Shown here: positions 1 through 12,500 of the stretch, piece by piece
Layout: every line of letters starts with the position of its first letter
Position numbering within the stretch: position 1 is the stretch's first letter
Assembly (NCBI GenBank): GCA_976551045.1
Contig: CDPCPM010000011.1
Location: forward strand, 6,324,001 to 6,388,000
DNA from: Glaucostegus cemiculus
Lineage: Eukaryota
DNA length: 64,000 nucleotides
Direction: 5' to 3'
Made by a program: the position numbers and the translations under genes
The notes under the pieces: model-generated
Databases searched by the model: none
The model's input: only the letters and a program-made list of their open reading frames with translations
Told to the model about the DNA's origin: nothing

Positions 1-149
1 TAAGTTATTGCTGAATCAGAACTGGAGGAAGAATATTCAATTTCTCTTTTAGGGAGGATCAAACTCCCTACCCACCCCATCCATGGGTCGAACAAAATGA
101 GAAAGAAGCTTCACAGAAGTTGCATATTCAAGGACAGAGGGGAACAGAG

Positions 150-720
150 GAGATAATATTTATCAGTCACGTTGTAAATGGCAAACAATTTTCAGGAACA
201 TCTCATTAGAGACAATATGCCTAAACTACTTCAGACTGACCAAAGCAGCAGGTACAACAGGCAAGATTTCAGTTTTAAATACAAGAGACTGCAGAACAGT
301 CTTATTTTTGAATCAATACATGGCAACTGATCTGACAGATGGGGAAAAAAGAAGCTGCTCAACTTTTCTTAACAGATGGAACAACAGGTCTGGTTTCACT
401 GGTCTAAACAGAAGGAACCAAGTGTCAATGCAACAGTTAGACCATGAAGTAGCCACAATGTTTCAATGGGCAATGCCCCAACTTATTGAGATTTTGCCAA
501 ATGAGACAGTTTGTTTTTGTGACAGGAGAATTAATATGAAGGGTTGGTCAAAAGAACACAGTTGTTTGAAAATGTATTTAGAAAGAAAGACACTCATGAG
601 GGAAGATAGGCAAGAGGTTCAGGAGATTAGTTAAATATAGAAGGATAACCTGGAGTTTGGATAAGATGATGGAATAATCTGGAAAAAAAAATCACAACAA
701 AAATGGTATCACTGTCAACA
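150..720 (+). mobile_element. Highly decayed CR1-type LINE ORF2 (RT region) remnant
   Basis: Scattered in-order peptide traces (GK..EHLIRDN near 180-216; LDKMME*SGK near 656-685) resemble CR1 RT segments GKLLESIIRD and DLDRLxEWAxxW. There are many stops and deletions. Confidence 0.35.
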
Positions 721-1196
721 TGATCAAAGGAAGATTGGGTAGAAACTTCTGCTGGTGCTAAATGGCTTATTATATTGCAATTGTTTTGTGCTCCACTTCA
801 AAAAAAAATCTATTGAAGAGTCAAATTGGAAGAAGATTATACCATGCAGCTTTTCTTAGCCCAAATAATCAAGGTGGAATCATTGAGATTTTAGATGGTT
901 AACACTAATATTCACTAAAAAAAGCTCAATGTGCAGACAGAAATTTCCTTATGAAGTTCTGTATGCTCAAAGGAGCCAGGAGCTGCAGACAATTGACAGG
1001 CAAACAACAGAAGCACAATAAAATACAGTGTAACATTCACACAAATCTCATAAAACAAATCACATCACATATTTTAAAGAGTATGAAATCATCTGGTTAC
1101 ATAGTGGCTATATTTTGTTCACAATCTAATCTTCATGATGGGCAATTAAACAAGATATTTTCCTTCATAAAAGACTGTACTGTCAAATGCTATAAA

Positions 1197-1317
1197 ATAG
1201 AGTCAGAGTCATATAGAAACCAACCCTTCAGCCCAACTCGTTCCTGCCAATCAAGTTTAATGGACAAGATATCTTTATTAGTCACATGTACATTGAAACA
1301 CAGTGAAATACATCTTG
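1197..1317 (-). mobile_element. Adjacent short 3'-end fragments: CR1/HE1-type tail (1197-1252) and V-SINE Rex-like tail (1266-1317)
   Basis: The reverse complement of 1197-1252 gives ttgggctgaagggttggtttctatatgactctgactctat, matching the CR1 tail at about 6935-6970. 1266-1317 is nearly identical to the SINE tail at 5441-5500. Confidence 0.7.
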
Positions 1318-1507
1318 TAGTTTTGTACGTGAACACATTTATCATGCTTAATATTGAAAAGAAATCATTTAAATATCTAAAACACATCTCTGATCATTAG
1401 TTTAGCTTTCTCGACTACTAGCCCAGTAACCAACTCAAGGCTACTGTACCCCAGCTCTATAAGAATCTCATACATCTGATGTTGTACTCTGCTTTACCTT
1501 TGTGGTA

Positions 1508-1527
1508 ATATATATATATATATATAT
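1508..1527. repeat. (TA)n microsatellite
   Basis: About 10 perfect TA units are directly visible. Confidence 0.95.
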
Positions 1528-2429
1528 CTTGCCATTTATGTGGGGATTAAGATATCATTAAACAATTTATAAGAATGTACAGAGCAACTCTTCCACCAAT
1601 GACCCAAGAGTCCTTTCACGATTTAGGGTCACCTTGGTTGGGATTCGGAGCCCCAGTGTCACCTATGAAATTGCACTCCAGCAAACCTTTCACCATCTGG
1701 TGAAGATGAGAATAACAGGACAAATAAAAAAGCAATAAACAAATCCTGAAATTATTCAATTGCTCAATATTCTTAAAACACTTTTTCCCCCGCAAATAAG
1801 GCTCTCAGGGCTTTTAACTTATTTGTATTGAAATTTGAGTTACACTTGAGCTGGTCATCCATGATTTGTTCCAGCCGAGAGTTAGTCAAAGTATCCAGAC
1901 TGAGAGTGTGTGATACCAAGAAGCAGTGCTGCAAAAGGTGCCAGATTTTGGATCAATCATTAAACTGTGGCCATAATGCCCATCAAGGAAACCCCAAGCA
2001 CTCCAAAATCCTGAACAATAATCACCCCTTAACACAAGTGCAACAAACAGAAGTATTTCATCATTCCTCATACTGAACTTCACCTTTTCTTTAAAGGAAT
2101 TAATATAGAATTGAATGCACCATTATAAATGACACATGACTGTCAAACCCTTAACTGCAAAACTCCCTTCTTTCAAATCCCCCGAAACAAAATACTGCAT
2201 TTATAGACAAAAGCAGGAAAGAAGCTGCTTTCACTTGGGTTCATTTCCTAGTCTGTGCCACAAGTGCAATTACTAACCCATAAAAGAATCAAGAGAAATA
2301 GCTTTGCCCAATGAATGATTACACTGTAGAACTCACTACCACAAAAATTAGTTGAGATGGCAAACATAGAAGCATTCAAAAGAAGAGGCTCAGTAAGCAG
2401 GCGAGCAAGAAAGAAATAGGATACACTCA

Positions 2430-2513
2430 AGTGGGTAGATTAAATGGGGCTTGTGGAGCATAGAGTCTGTCATAGGCACTGGGCTGAATGGCCTGTTTCT
2501 GTGCTGAGACTAT
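2430..2513 (+). mobile_element. CR1-type LINE/SINE 3' terminal fragment
   Basis: gggctgaatggcctgtttctgtgctg matches the 3' stem-loop and tail of the CR1 copy ending at 39269. Confidence 0.7.
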
Positions 2514-5209
2514 GCTCCAATTAGAATTGATTAAAACAAATTGCAAACTGCAGCATGTTCAATTAATATATTTGAATACATTGCAAAACATCTGACAGCA
2601 TAGAACAAAATGCTTTTCATCATTGTAATTGTATCAGTATTATTGAAATCCACCCAGTGCCAAATGCTGCGAGTAAAATCACCAAATAAAAGCATGAAGC
2701 AGTAAAATGTTGCAAAATATTATCCATACGCAGAAAACTAATCACAGATTTATATGGCAAGCCAGATTCAGGGGAAAGCTTTTAAATTGTTCAGTGAACC
2801 AGGCTGCTCAGGGACAGCAAAATCTATGCTATTAAATAAAAAAAAGTCTCCACTGTAACTCAGATCTCAACAGTAAAGCAGTGATACTGACACATTGCAA
2901 TTACATTGCATTATGCTATACAAGAATATTACTAGAGGAAAATAATACACTACCTTGTCTGCCCCAGTTCTTTCAATAAGTTGTATTCAAGTTTCTTCAG
3001 ATTACCCAACCAATTGTGTTCTTTTCTAATATTCATATGTTAAGAACATTGCAATATACACAGTAATTCAAGCATTTGGGCAAAATGGATGTTTCATGCA
3101 TCGATCAATTTTCCACAGAAAGAACTTGAAGAAGGAGTTAAACTTGAATGCTCTGTTTTAAGTTGAAGTTGGCTTGTTCGAAATTTTCTTTACAGGCATT
3201 ATATTAATATACCCAGCACAGAAGATGTGCTCTGAAACAGCTAGGAGTTTAATTGCAACTTGTGTCAGGTTTTCTAGAGAAGACACTATTTATTTAACAC
3301 TAGGAAAGCATAGATGCCCAAAGCTCACTATTGTAAAAAAAAATCAGTGATCTTGGAGGGGGAGGGGGAGGCATTTGCAGATTAGCCAGTTTCACTTGAC
3401 ATGCCTATTTGTGAATCATTTTTGAATACTCATTCTGTAGGGCACATCAGAAAGGTACAAAATTCAATCATAACAGTGTCTGTTTGACCAGAATAGACCA
3501 CTAGGTGAATAAAATAAAAACAAAATAAAATAAAAACACCATATTTTGACCATGCAGTTTTTGGAGTCACCTAAGGTGCCAGGCAGATGTACGTTGGACT
3601 ACAAACGTACATTTAAGTTCCAGTCTATGGGATCCATTTTGGAACCTAATGTTACATAAACATCAAATCACAGAATTCGTCCTGTGCCTCACCCAATATT
3701 ATACCTGGGAGGACTGGCTTCCGAGGAGTCACTGAGGGTCTAGTTAATGGAGAGCAGAACAAAGGAGACCACCCAGGAGTATACTGGGATGGTCAGGTCC
3801 AGAGGAACAGTTTTGGGTTTCAGGTGCAGATAAGCTGAGATGGCACGGAATTGAGTAACTCTCTGCAGGTGGATATGTGTAGTCTCAAGGCATGCTTTTG
3901 TGATGCAGCTGTAATCTCCATCTGCCATTACAACTCTGCAGCTTTTGAGCTGCTCAACCACATTCACCAGTTTATCTTTGATACCCTCAGTTGTTCTCTC
4001 TCCCTCACACACACTGGCTGTTCCCCCTGCTGAGCGCTGGTTTTCATTCCGCTAATTCCAAGACACATGCACTTGCAGAATTTACTGACTGGCATTTAAT
4101 TTAGCCATATCTGACTGGGCCATATAAAGTTTTCGATATTCTCCTGGATTCAAGGTGCCAGCTGCTTTTGCAAGTGATCACCACAGTCAGAAAAATATTT
4201 TTTTTTTCCAATCCAGTATCTGATCATGCTGCATGTGATCTGATCTGGATTCAGCAATCTACATTTTAGCAGAGTGGTGGTTATGGAAAGGAAGTGGGAT
4301 ACGATTATCATGGACTCCTTTGTTCCTAGAATTGGGAACATCTGGACAGCTTCCTCTACTACTTCTCTGGCTTCCCCATTCTGGTTTCTAATGCAATTTC
4401 TAGCAGGGATTTTTTTAAAAATTTAATTGCATTCCTATTTCAAACTGATATTCCTTGAAATTTCCCATCCTCTGGGCAGACTGTCTGATTGAATGGATAA
4501 GCAGATGACAAATCATTATAAATGGGAGCCAAGAGTTAAAATTGTATATGCCTCCCACTCATGCTGATAACTCCCCAACACGCCCAGCATCCCAACCCTG
4601 TCAACTACCCTGACCAATCTGCATGCAGTATCCAGCTCAGATCACAAGACGATGTGATCAGAAGCTGAATCCCAGAACAATAACCAAAGCAGACCCCAAA
4701 ATTATAACATTCAGCACAAAATATTTCTGCATTCTGGAAAGCCAAGGTTCAAACATTTTAATGACGTTACAAATGATTGTGCAAAGGAAAGGGTCACACC
4801 AGTTCAATTTTAGATTTGCCAGCAAAGATGTTGCTTATTTATGCAAATCAATGGAGACAAGAGGAAAGAAAATTAAACTCCAGGGGCCAATTATCAGGGA
4901 TGGCTGGATTCATTGCTGAGCCTTTTTGCTGTTACTGAAGATTCCTCCCACTCAGGATTCGCTAATAGCTGTCAGTGTTTTAAAAAGCCCAAAATGCCAT
5001 TGTCCCTTTCCACCAACACACCTGGAATGGGGCATGGTCAGACCACTGCCTTCAACAGCCCAGTTACAAGTTTTCAGAGCAAGTCATTCAATTAAGCAGA
5101 GAAGGTTTTAAATACGGGCAACAGTACCTGTGCCCAGATGTTGGAAAGCCCCCAAGTGAGCCTTGAATAAAATGGCAAGGGTCAGGAGACTGCATAAAGA
5201 TACAAAGTA

Positions 5210-5782
5210 CAGGCAGTGCCCAAGTTACACAAGGGTTCCATTCCTAAGAACTATCCATGAGCAGATTTCCTCATGTCAGGACATGTTTTCTATAGTAACC
5301 CATGTATATTGCTCTACATACACTTGCTATAAATTCTTTTATTTCATTGAATAACCACCCTAACACTACCCATAATTAAACTAGTGGAATATATACTGTA
5401 TCCAGTCACTGATGAATATCATGAAATATTTACTAGCTTGAAGATAGATATCTTTATTACTCACATGAACATCGAGACACACAGCGAAGTACATCTTGTG
5501 CGTAGACTGTTCTGGGGGTAGGCCGCAAGTGTCACCACACTTCCGGCACCAGCATAGAATGCCCACAACTTCCTAACCCGTATATCTTTGGAATGTGGGA
5601 GGAAACCAGAGCTCCCAGAGAAAATCCATGCAGACACAGGGAGAACATACAAACTCCTTATAGATAGCAGCAGGAATTGAACCCGGGTCACGAGCACTGT
5701 AACAACGTTATGCTAACCGCTACACCACTGTGTACGAGGGAATATGTTTAAAGTCAGATTTCCATAAGTCAGGGAGCCCCTG
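5210..5782. mobile_element. Tigger/pogo-like non-autonomous DNA transposon (MITE), interrupted by a SINE
   Basis: The left end is TA|CAGGCAGTGCCCAAGTTA and the reverse complement of the right end is CAGGGGCTCCCTGACTTA. These are degenerate Tigger-type TIRs with a TA target site on the left. Confidence 0.55.
5441..5732 (-). mobile_element. Full-length tRNA-derived V-SINE (HE1-like) with Rex/Babar-like 3' tail
   Basis: On the minus strand: A box TGGTGTAGCGG, B box GGTTCAATTCC, V-domain core gtttgtatgttctccctgtgtctgcatgg...ggtttcctcccaca, and tail ...catgtgagtaataaagatatct. Confidence 0.9.
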
Positions 5783-6523
5783 CAGTAGTTTTCCTTCAAA
5801 GGAAAAGGATGGCAGCAGTGTTTAAAAAAAAAAATCAGCAGCACATACTTAAAGTGGAAGAGATAGGACACAGAATGGGTATTGCTTTCTGCTGGTCTCC
5901 TCAGACCCAAGTTCATTGAACATTTTTTTTTAACAGGAGACAAATCTGGCAATGACTGTCAATAGCTTGAACCCTTTGCAGTACAAGGCCACATCATATT
6001 AGTCAAGGCAAGGAGCCCAATTCCCCTGTTGCTGCTCATATAAATCTTTATTAATTTCCTACTTGATGCTGTGGAGTTTAGAGATGAAAGTGGTGTCTGA
6101 TATTAGGGAGCAAAGGTTCAGCATGACTCTGACCTGGTTCTCCGGCCTTCACACCCAGCTCTTACTGTCACAATCTAAAAATAATATTGAATAAGCATCA
6201 CACAGAAATGATAGCTGTCCTGACAAACCAGAGATAGAGTCCCTGGGGGAGAAGACAGAGATTAATGTTTTTTTTGGAACCAAGGCCAAATGATAAGGTT
6301 CAGTGGGTGGTGGCATTACAAATATCTACATCCATCTCCCGTGACAAAGAAACCCTAAAGTTGATATTTTACGCAGGACTTCTAAGATCTCTCTGGTACC
6401 AGCAACAAATGTTGGCTTCTCCGTGCTACCTACTACCCACAATGATTCTAACTGAAAGGAATACTTACATGCTGGTGACACAGTTCCCATATTGCCTCTC
6501 CTCTGTCCCTGGTGATGTCAGGG

Positions 6524-6970
6524 ATGTTGCCAGGGACAGAGGGCCCAAGTTACAGGGAGAGGTTGGCAAGGCTACGTCTTTATTCCTCAGAACACAGGAG
6601 AATGAGAAGCGTCCTTATAGAATTGTTTAAAATTATGAGGCATAGAGAAGGTAGACGGTAACATTCTTTTCCCCAGGTCAGGGGACTCCAAAGCTTGGGG
6701 ATACAGGTTTAAGGTAAGAGAGGAAAGATTTAAAAGGGACCTGAGAGACAATTTTTTCATGCAGAGAGTGACGAGTATATGGAACAAGCTGCCAGAGGAC
6801 GTGGTTGAGGCAGGTACAATAGTATCATTTAATAAGCACTTGGATAGGTACATAGAGGGGCGGGACTCAGAGGAAATGGGCCAAATACAGGAAATTGGGA
6901 CTAGCTGGGTAGGCACCGTGGTCAGCATGGACTCATTGGGCCGAAGGCCTGTATTGCTCTATGACTCTGT
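6524..6970 (+). mobile_element. 5'-truncated CR1-type LINE (ORF2 C-terminus + 3'UTR)
   Basis: Translates in pieces to MLPG..SYRERL, ERFKRDLRDNFFMQRVTSIWNKLPEDVVEAGTIVSFNKHLDRYI, a typical CR1 ORF2 C-terminus. It ends in gggccgaaggcctgt...tatgactct. Confidence 0.92.
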
Positions 6971-7079
6971 CCATGTACTCTTCTGTACAAATCACAAAAT
7001 CCTGAACGAAGCAGCTCAATGTTCATCCAATGAAGTGAGACACCATATGATCATTGACCAGCTTCGAGTGCTTTCCTTT

Positions 7080-8000
7080 GGCATCTGTCTTACAAATGCC
7101 TCTGGCTGGCCTCCTCTTACACAATCTGTGCCTTGACTGAAGCCAGGCTAGCATGAGGCAGCTTCCTTGAAGTGAAGGTGGTGCAGAAGATCACAAATAT
7201 TGACCAATAAGGAGCTCTGATGATTATTCCATGAAACCACTTGCACAAAACTACCCCCAATCCCACAATTTTGGCAGTGTATCAACTAGTCTAGTAATCT
7301 GCTGAAATACAAATCAAATAGATGTCATCATTGCCTTAAAGACTCTGGCAACTATGGAATCCAAAGTCACAATGGGAGAATTGAGGGAATGCATAGAACG
7401 AAGCCAAGTTTTGATGGCAGTAGTCAGACCTTCCACTGCATACTCAGATGTTTGGTGGCTTCTGCTACAACGGACACCAAGACCTTCATCGTAGTTGGCT
7501 CCGCAAGACACAAAGCAATCATTTCCATACTGAAAAGACGAGCTCCAAGCTCTGTGCAGTCACATGCACCACACTTCAGAGGCTCTTGGATAGGCTGAAC
7601 AATGCTCCAAGCATCTCCATATACCTGCTCATCAGGCTTCATTTATAGCTTGCTCCATCACATCCAAGTTTTATGGGGCAGTATCAGGCAAGGGCACTTA
7701 TGTTATCCTTGCCCTCTCACCTGGTTGCAGTCGATTGCTCACTGTGTGCAAATCCCACCTGTAAATCACTTTCTCCAATGCTTTGCTGACTGGAAGTGAG
7801 ATGCAATGACAAATTACCTCCTTCCTCCTCCAAAGCCTGGGGCTCTTCAGATGGTTCCTTGTCAGTGGGTATTTCTTATTTATCTGAAATGAGATTAGCT
7901 GCAAGTAAGTGGAAGGTGTGAAGTGTGCAGGAGTGCTGGAGGAATGGTTAAATCTCTGACTGTAACAGCACTTACATTGGCAGATGGGATGTTAACAATT
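7080..8000 (-). mobile_element. Decayed putative PIF/Harbinger accessory (Myb/SANT-protein) gene, C-terminal part
   Basis: Frameshifted heptad-like peptides (LMSRYMEMLGALFSLSKSL, AQSLELV, EPTTMKVL, AEATKHLS, AVEGLTTAI, IVTLDSIVARVFK). It shares the 13-mer ggtggcttctgct and similar peptides with 44700-45230. The family assignment is from recalled resemblance only. Confidence 0.35.
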
Positions 8001-8592
8001 TCACTGCCATGACCAGACGAGTGAGATTTTTTCTTTTGGAGTACTAGAGCTAAACCCTTGGGTCATCATTGCTTACATTCATCTCTCTGACTACCTCCAC
8101 TTATTGGCACTTCACCTCTGACATCAGTGCTCTCCTAGGTCCTCCAGCAGGTAGAACCTCCCAGTTGAAGAGCACCTCTTCTACAAAGACTGACGTCAGT
8201 GGCAGTGAAATGGGATTCACACCTCCTGTCCTTGCTGGCATTGCTACAGTGAGTGCTCCTTCAGCCACATACTGACTTCCAACTATAGTCTGATTCAGTG
8301 GTCACTTCTCCTTCAACAGATGCAGTCACAACATTGGTTTCAGGTGAATATCTCACCCTGAATACCCATTAACAGAAAAAAAATTACAGATGCCTTGCAC
8401 AAGAGGTATGCAAAATAGAAAAAGTCAGGTTTAATCAACAGGATAAAATGACGCAGGTATTATTTTCACACATTTAATGGATTTATTAGTTCATAGCTTT
8501 TCTTAGGATCGGGGTAGGTTTAAAAACAACACCCAAATAGTTTGCCAAAATGTTGGTGAAGGAAATATTTGAAATAAATAAAGCTAAAGTAT

Positions 8593-8756
8593 CAAACAAG
8601 ATGCTGGAAGAACTCAGCAGGTTGATCTGGGGCAAGAACAACATGTCAACAATTCCTGCACCCCACCCCACCCCCAACAGATGCTGCTCAAACCATTGAA
8701 TTCCTCCAGCAGATTGTTTGTTGCTCCAGATCCCAGCATCTGCAGTCTCACCTCCA
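8593..8756. mobile_element. Fold-back (inverted-repeat) element, Penelope-derived family, copy 1
   Basis: Arms caaacaagatgctggaagaactca and tgaattcctccagcagattgtttg are complementary. The family tail ccagatcccagcatctgcagtctc is present. Confidence 0.7.
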
Positions 8757-9023
8757 TAAAGCTACAGTACAGCTTATTATTATTTTCCCCCATACTCCAT
8801 TTTTGCAATATTTCTTTTACATACTTTTCTTGACTTCTCACTCTTGATCAATTCCCATTATTCTCTGCATTAATACAAGCATTTTTATTTCCACAATATC
8901 TTTTCCTTACTTAATTTGTCAACCATGGTTGCTTAACTGCATAAGTAGGGCTTTTTATTTTAGGCACAAATTGCTTTATTTTGTCCTCACAGCATCTTTG
9001 GATAGTCCCATCATTTGTAGGAT

Positions 9024-9244
9024 TACATGTTCTCCCCATGTCTGTGTGGGTTTCCTTCGGGTGCTCCGGTTTCCTCCCACATTCCAAAGACGTACAGGTT
9101 AGGAAGTTATGGGCATGCTATGTTGGCACCGGAAGTGTGGCGACACTGCAGGCTGCTCCCCCCCCCACCCCCCACCAAATCACTATGCAGGAGATGTATT
9201 TCACTGTGTTGCAATGTACATATAACTAATAAAGATCTCATCTT
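9024..9244 (+). mobile_element. 5'-truncated V-SINE with Rex/Babar-like tail
   Basis: V core gttctccccatgtctgtgtgggtttccttcgggtgctccggtttcctcccacattcc, with the same tail as the 5441-5732 copy (tttcactgtg...gtacat..actaataaagat). Confidence 0.88.
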
Positions 9245-9370
9245 AACAGGGCTGCTCAATGGTCAATTGATTTCTCAACCCTGCGAAATCTGAAGCAGTT
9301 AAAGACTGCTTTGTGCCTGATGGGAAGAAGAGAGTCACAAATATGAAATGTAACTTTATAATGACTCAGA

Positions 9371-9606
9371 AAATACTGGAGGAACTCAGTGGGTCGGGCG
9401 GCATCTGTGGATGAAAGTGAATATTCAACATTACGGATTGAGACCCTTCACCTGAATGCCGACTGTTCATTCAGGTCCAGATGAAGGGTCTCAATCCATA
9501 ATGTCAACTGTTCTTTTCCCCCTGCAGATGCTGCCTGGCCCGCTGAGCTCCTTCGGTGGCTCACTTTATGCTCCAGACTGCAGCATTGCAGTCTCTTGTG
9601 TCTCCA
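9371..9606. mobile_element. Fold-back Penelope-derived element, copy 2, with decayed hammerhead-like cores
   Basis: Arms of about 85 nt, including a perfect 16-bp complement ggattgagacccttca/tgaagggtctcaatcc. Core-like ccagatgaagggtctcaatccataatgtc at 9477-9505. Confidence 0.8.
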
Positions 9607-10149
9607 TTTATAATGGAAATAGTTCACAAGATGTTCCTTTGCATCGTCAGAATGTTGACAACTAACTCTGGATTGTTATTCATCAATAAATCCAGCATGG
9701 CTTGTTTCCTTGTCTTTTCTAAATCTTACTGTTCCAATCTGGAGAAATGTTTTGCCTTTACTACTCATGGTCTCCTCTTTACCCAGTCAAATGAAAGAAT
9801 TAAAAATCTCTCATTATACCACATGGTTTCTGTTATATGCTTCCCTAATCTCCATACCTATACTGTATATTACCTCACTGTATCATTGCTGTCAAGATAT
9901 TTGCAGAGAACTCCCACCAGAGTCTTACATCCTTTTCTGCTCCATTGTTCAGCCATGCTTGCTCACTGAACTGTTTTCTATCCATTGCTGAAATTATGTT
10001 TTTCTTTAAATCAATATTGTTTTACTGCATTTAATTCCAATTTCTCTATCTTTTCAAAAAGGACCTGTTGTACAGAATATTTAGTTCCTAATTAAGTGAA
10101 GCTTGTAGCCAGATCTTTGTTTTGGCTTCTGCATCATACCCGTTTGATC

Positions 10150-10713
10150 CAAGATGGCAGCGCACACAGTTGCAGCGGCCTCTCCCGGGTCTGTAGTGCT
10201 TTGTGTTTTTTGTTAGTCTTTTAGTGTTTTTGTGCTTTTTTTGTGTGTGTTCTTTGTTCTTGATGTTTGTTCTTAATGTTTGTGTACTTGGTGTTCATTT
10301 TATGGAGTCGTTGTCTGTGCTGACGGCTCCGACAGCTCGTCGGAGCTCATCAGAGGCGACAGCGTGTCGAAGGCCCTGGAGCCTCGTGGTGGCGTCGGGA
10401 TGCGGGCAGTGAGGGGGCTGCCGGTGTTGGAGGTCGTCGAACTGCGGGGCCAGAGGTCGTCATCGGATCGGACTGCGGGGCCGGAGGTGGTCATCGGATC
10501 GGACTGCGGGGTGAGGCTGGGGGCTGGGAGATGTAATGTTGAGGTTCTGGGAGACGTGTTGTACCAGCAGACCGAAGTCCATGCGGCTCCAATGTTTTGA
10601 TGTTTTTGTCCTGTTGTCCTTTATTGTCTTTAATGTCTTTTGCACATTGGCTTGTGGAGTACGATATCTCACCTTCATGTATACATGAAAGTGACAATAA
10701 ACTGATTCTGATT
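10150..10713 (+). mobile_element. Young CpG-rich non-autonomous retroelement, probably Rex1/Babar-LINE derived (bipartite)
   Basis: Starts caagatggcagcg and ends ttcatgtatacatgaaagtgacaataaa(ctgatt)2. It has internal 31-bp tandem repeats and no RT ORF, and its CpG density is far above the flanks. Confidence 0.65.
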
Positions 10714-11499
10714 AGGCAGAATTCATCCTTTCAACTCATTTGTTTTAGTTCTTATGCTGCACAAATTTGTCCAAGGCACGTGCACACACACACAGGTAAT
10801 GGTCCTTCACTTGTACTTTTAGACTCATGTCTTCCTTTTGGTTGTTGATATATATGCTAAGAGATTTTTATGTTTAAAATTAAACCAGAATGTTTCAGAA
10901 TTAATGGTTCATATTCTCTGCAACTTAAAGTATATATTTTTCCCACCTTCCAGCTAAATGTACTATTGCGTATATGGGTCTAATAAGCTAATATCCTTTA
11001 TTCCTGCAATTTCTATAAAGATTGTTTGTTAAAACTAAGTGCATTTGCTATTGCATTAAGCAGTCATCTTTACAGTCTGTCCACTGTGCACAGTTCAGTC
11101 AGATTAATGGACTCAGTTTTATCTTTACAAATACCAATCTGTTAATTGATCACCTGAAGTGGGTGAGTTTAATACTTCCTTACTCACTATGAAAAAACAA
11201 ATATAAAATTGCTGATTTTGTGTAACAAACATTACACAAAATAAATGGATTCTGCACAAAACCATCCTGTGTCCTTTGTGCCTGTGATCCTAAATGAATA
11301 AATAAAGTGTAAATCAGTCATATGGTATAACATTAATATGCCTGGAGGTTGATTTCAGAATTAACTGAATTAGTTGAGAATTTCTGAAGATCAGATTTGA
11401 ATTTTAATCAAAGTAGTAGTGATAGAACTCTCTACAAAGAACAACCTACAAAAAATCCTTCACTGGAATTCCTTTCTATAATCCCAATTCCCAGTTGCT

Positions 11500-12500
11500 A
11501 TTGGGTCTGATGTGCTTACATTAAGTAATGTAATCAATAGTACATGTATAAAAAGTCTGTCTGGTCCCCTCAGACAAATTCCTAATTTAACCAGATTATG
11601 TCATTTAAATTAATTTATAAATATTAGGTATCACTTTCACCTTGACCTAACAGGAGTGGGTTTGCAGGTTCCCTTATAACGATGTCATGGGGAATGTGTT
11701 GCAAACTTTGGACATTTTAATACCCAACTGCATTGTAGCCTGTGGGGTGTGACACAGTTCTACACCAAAATTTCTTATTGGCCTGGACCAAACTGTATTC
11801 TCATTTGGATGAGTTCAAATGCAAGTAATAGAGTATCTACAAGTACAATTCTAAATAATTCTAATATTCATTTAGGATCAAGGGAATAACATAAGCAACA
11901 CAACAGTACTACAGGAACAAATGTAAATGAAAGAGACAGATAACAGGGAGGTTCACTGACCCCTGTTGTATAATGCAACAATATTTTCCAATTATAGTTC
12001 TGTGGACAATGCACCGAGTTCTAGACAAGTGCATCAGACATGAGACCAGCAGAGACTGGGAAATACAACGAGTACTACTGCCACTGGTGATCTATGTAAT
12101 TTTTTAGTTGCTGATACAACCATTTGATATTCCTCAAGAAGATCCGACTCCATGTAACCTCCTGCAATATTGTGCAATTAAAATCTTGTAGAAGACCAAT
12201 ATCTTCCCTCTCACTTTGCTGACAGAAAATGGTCCAAATACACTTTCCCCCTCTCACATCTCCACTCCATCCAACATCCTTATACCCTTCCCCACCCAAC
12301 CCCATTTTGTCTTACAATAAAATACTGGGTTCACTGAACCAGATGGAGATACATTTTTAATGTTTGTCAAAATTTGTACATTATCAACTGAAGTCACAGA
12401 TTCGTCATCACATTTACCAATTTTTCTTGTGATTTTTGTTTTTTTTTTTAAATCCCAAATTGAATTTTCACACTGGAGAGTTGAAAGTTGATGTGAGATT
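11500..12500 (-). mobile_element. Ancient decayed CR1-type ORF2 remnant
   Basis: Minus-strand traces QDFNCTILQEVTWSRIF (EN-RT linker-like), an AFDKVPH-like segment near 11685-11735 and a GPxLF-like segment near 11545-11570, in the expected order. Confidence 0.3.

Noticed and set aside
951-1400. 149-aa ORF
   Set aside because: It runs through SINE/LINE tail fragments, has AT-driven composition and shows no domain similarity; a chance ORF.
2954-3036. Possible minus-strand coding first exon MNIRKEHNWLGNLKKLEYNLLKELGQT
   Set aside because: The donor AAG|GTAGTG is weak and the peptide is not recognisable.
3740-4012. 90-aa minus ORF with a LTIPVYS segment reminiscent of a LINE endonuclease
   Set aside because: The resemblance is too short to call. 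At best it is ancient LINE debris, not a gene.
7715-7745. AIDCNQV on the minus strand resembling the Harbinger transposase GAIDCTHV motif
   Set aside because: The downstream catalytic motifs (NRKG, PGSxHD, GDxGY) are absent, and the surrounding sequence fits the accessory gene better in another frame.
10320-10354. Minus-strand CTGATGAG followed by a strong stem, suggesting a hammerhead ribozyme
   Set aside because: There is no GAAA after the stem, so the core is incomplete. Treated as an ordinary hairpin.
10203-10697. Cluster of overlapping ORFs in all frames
   Set aside because: Explained by the high GC content and tandem repeats of a non-coding mobile element.
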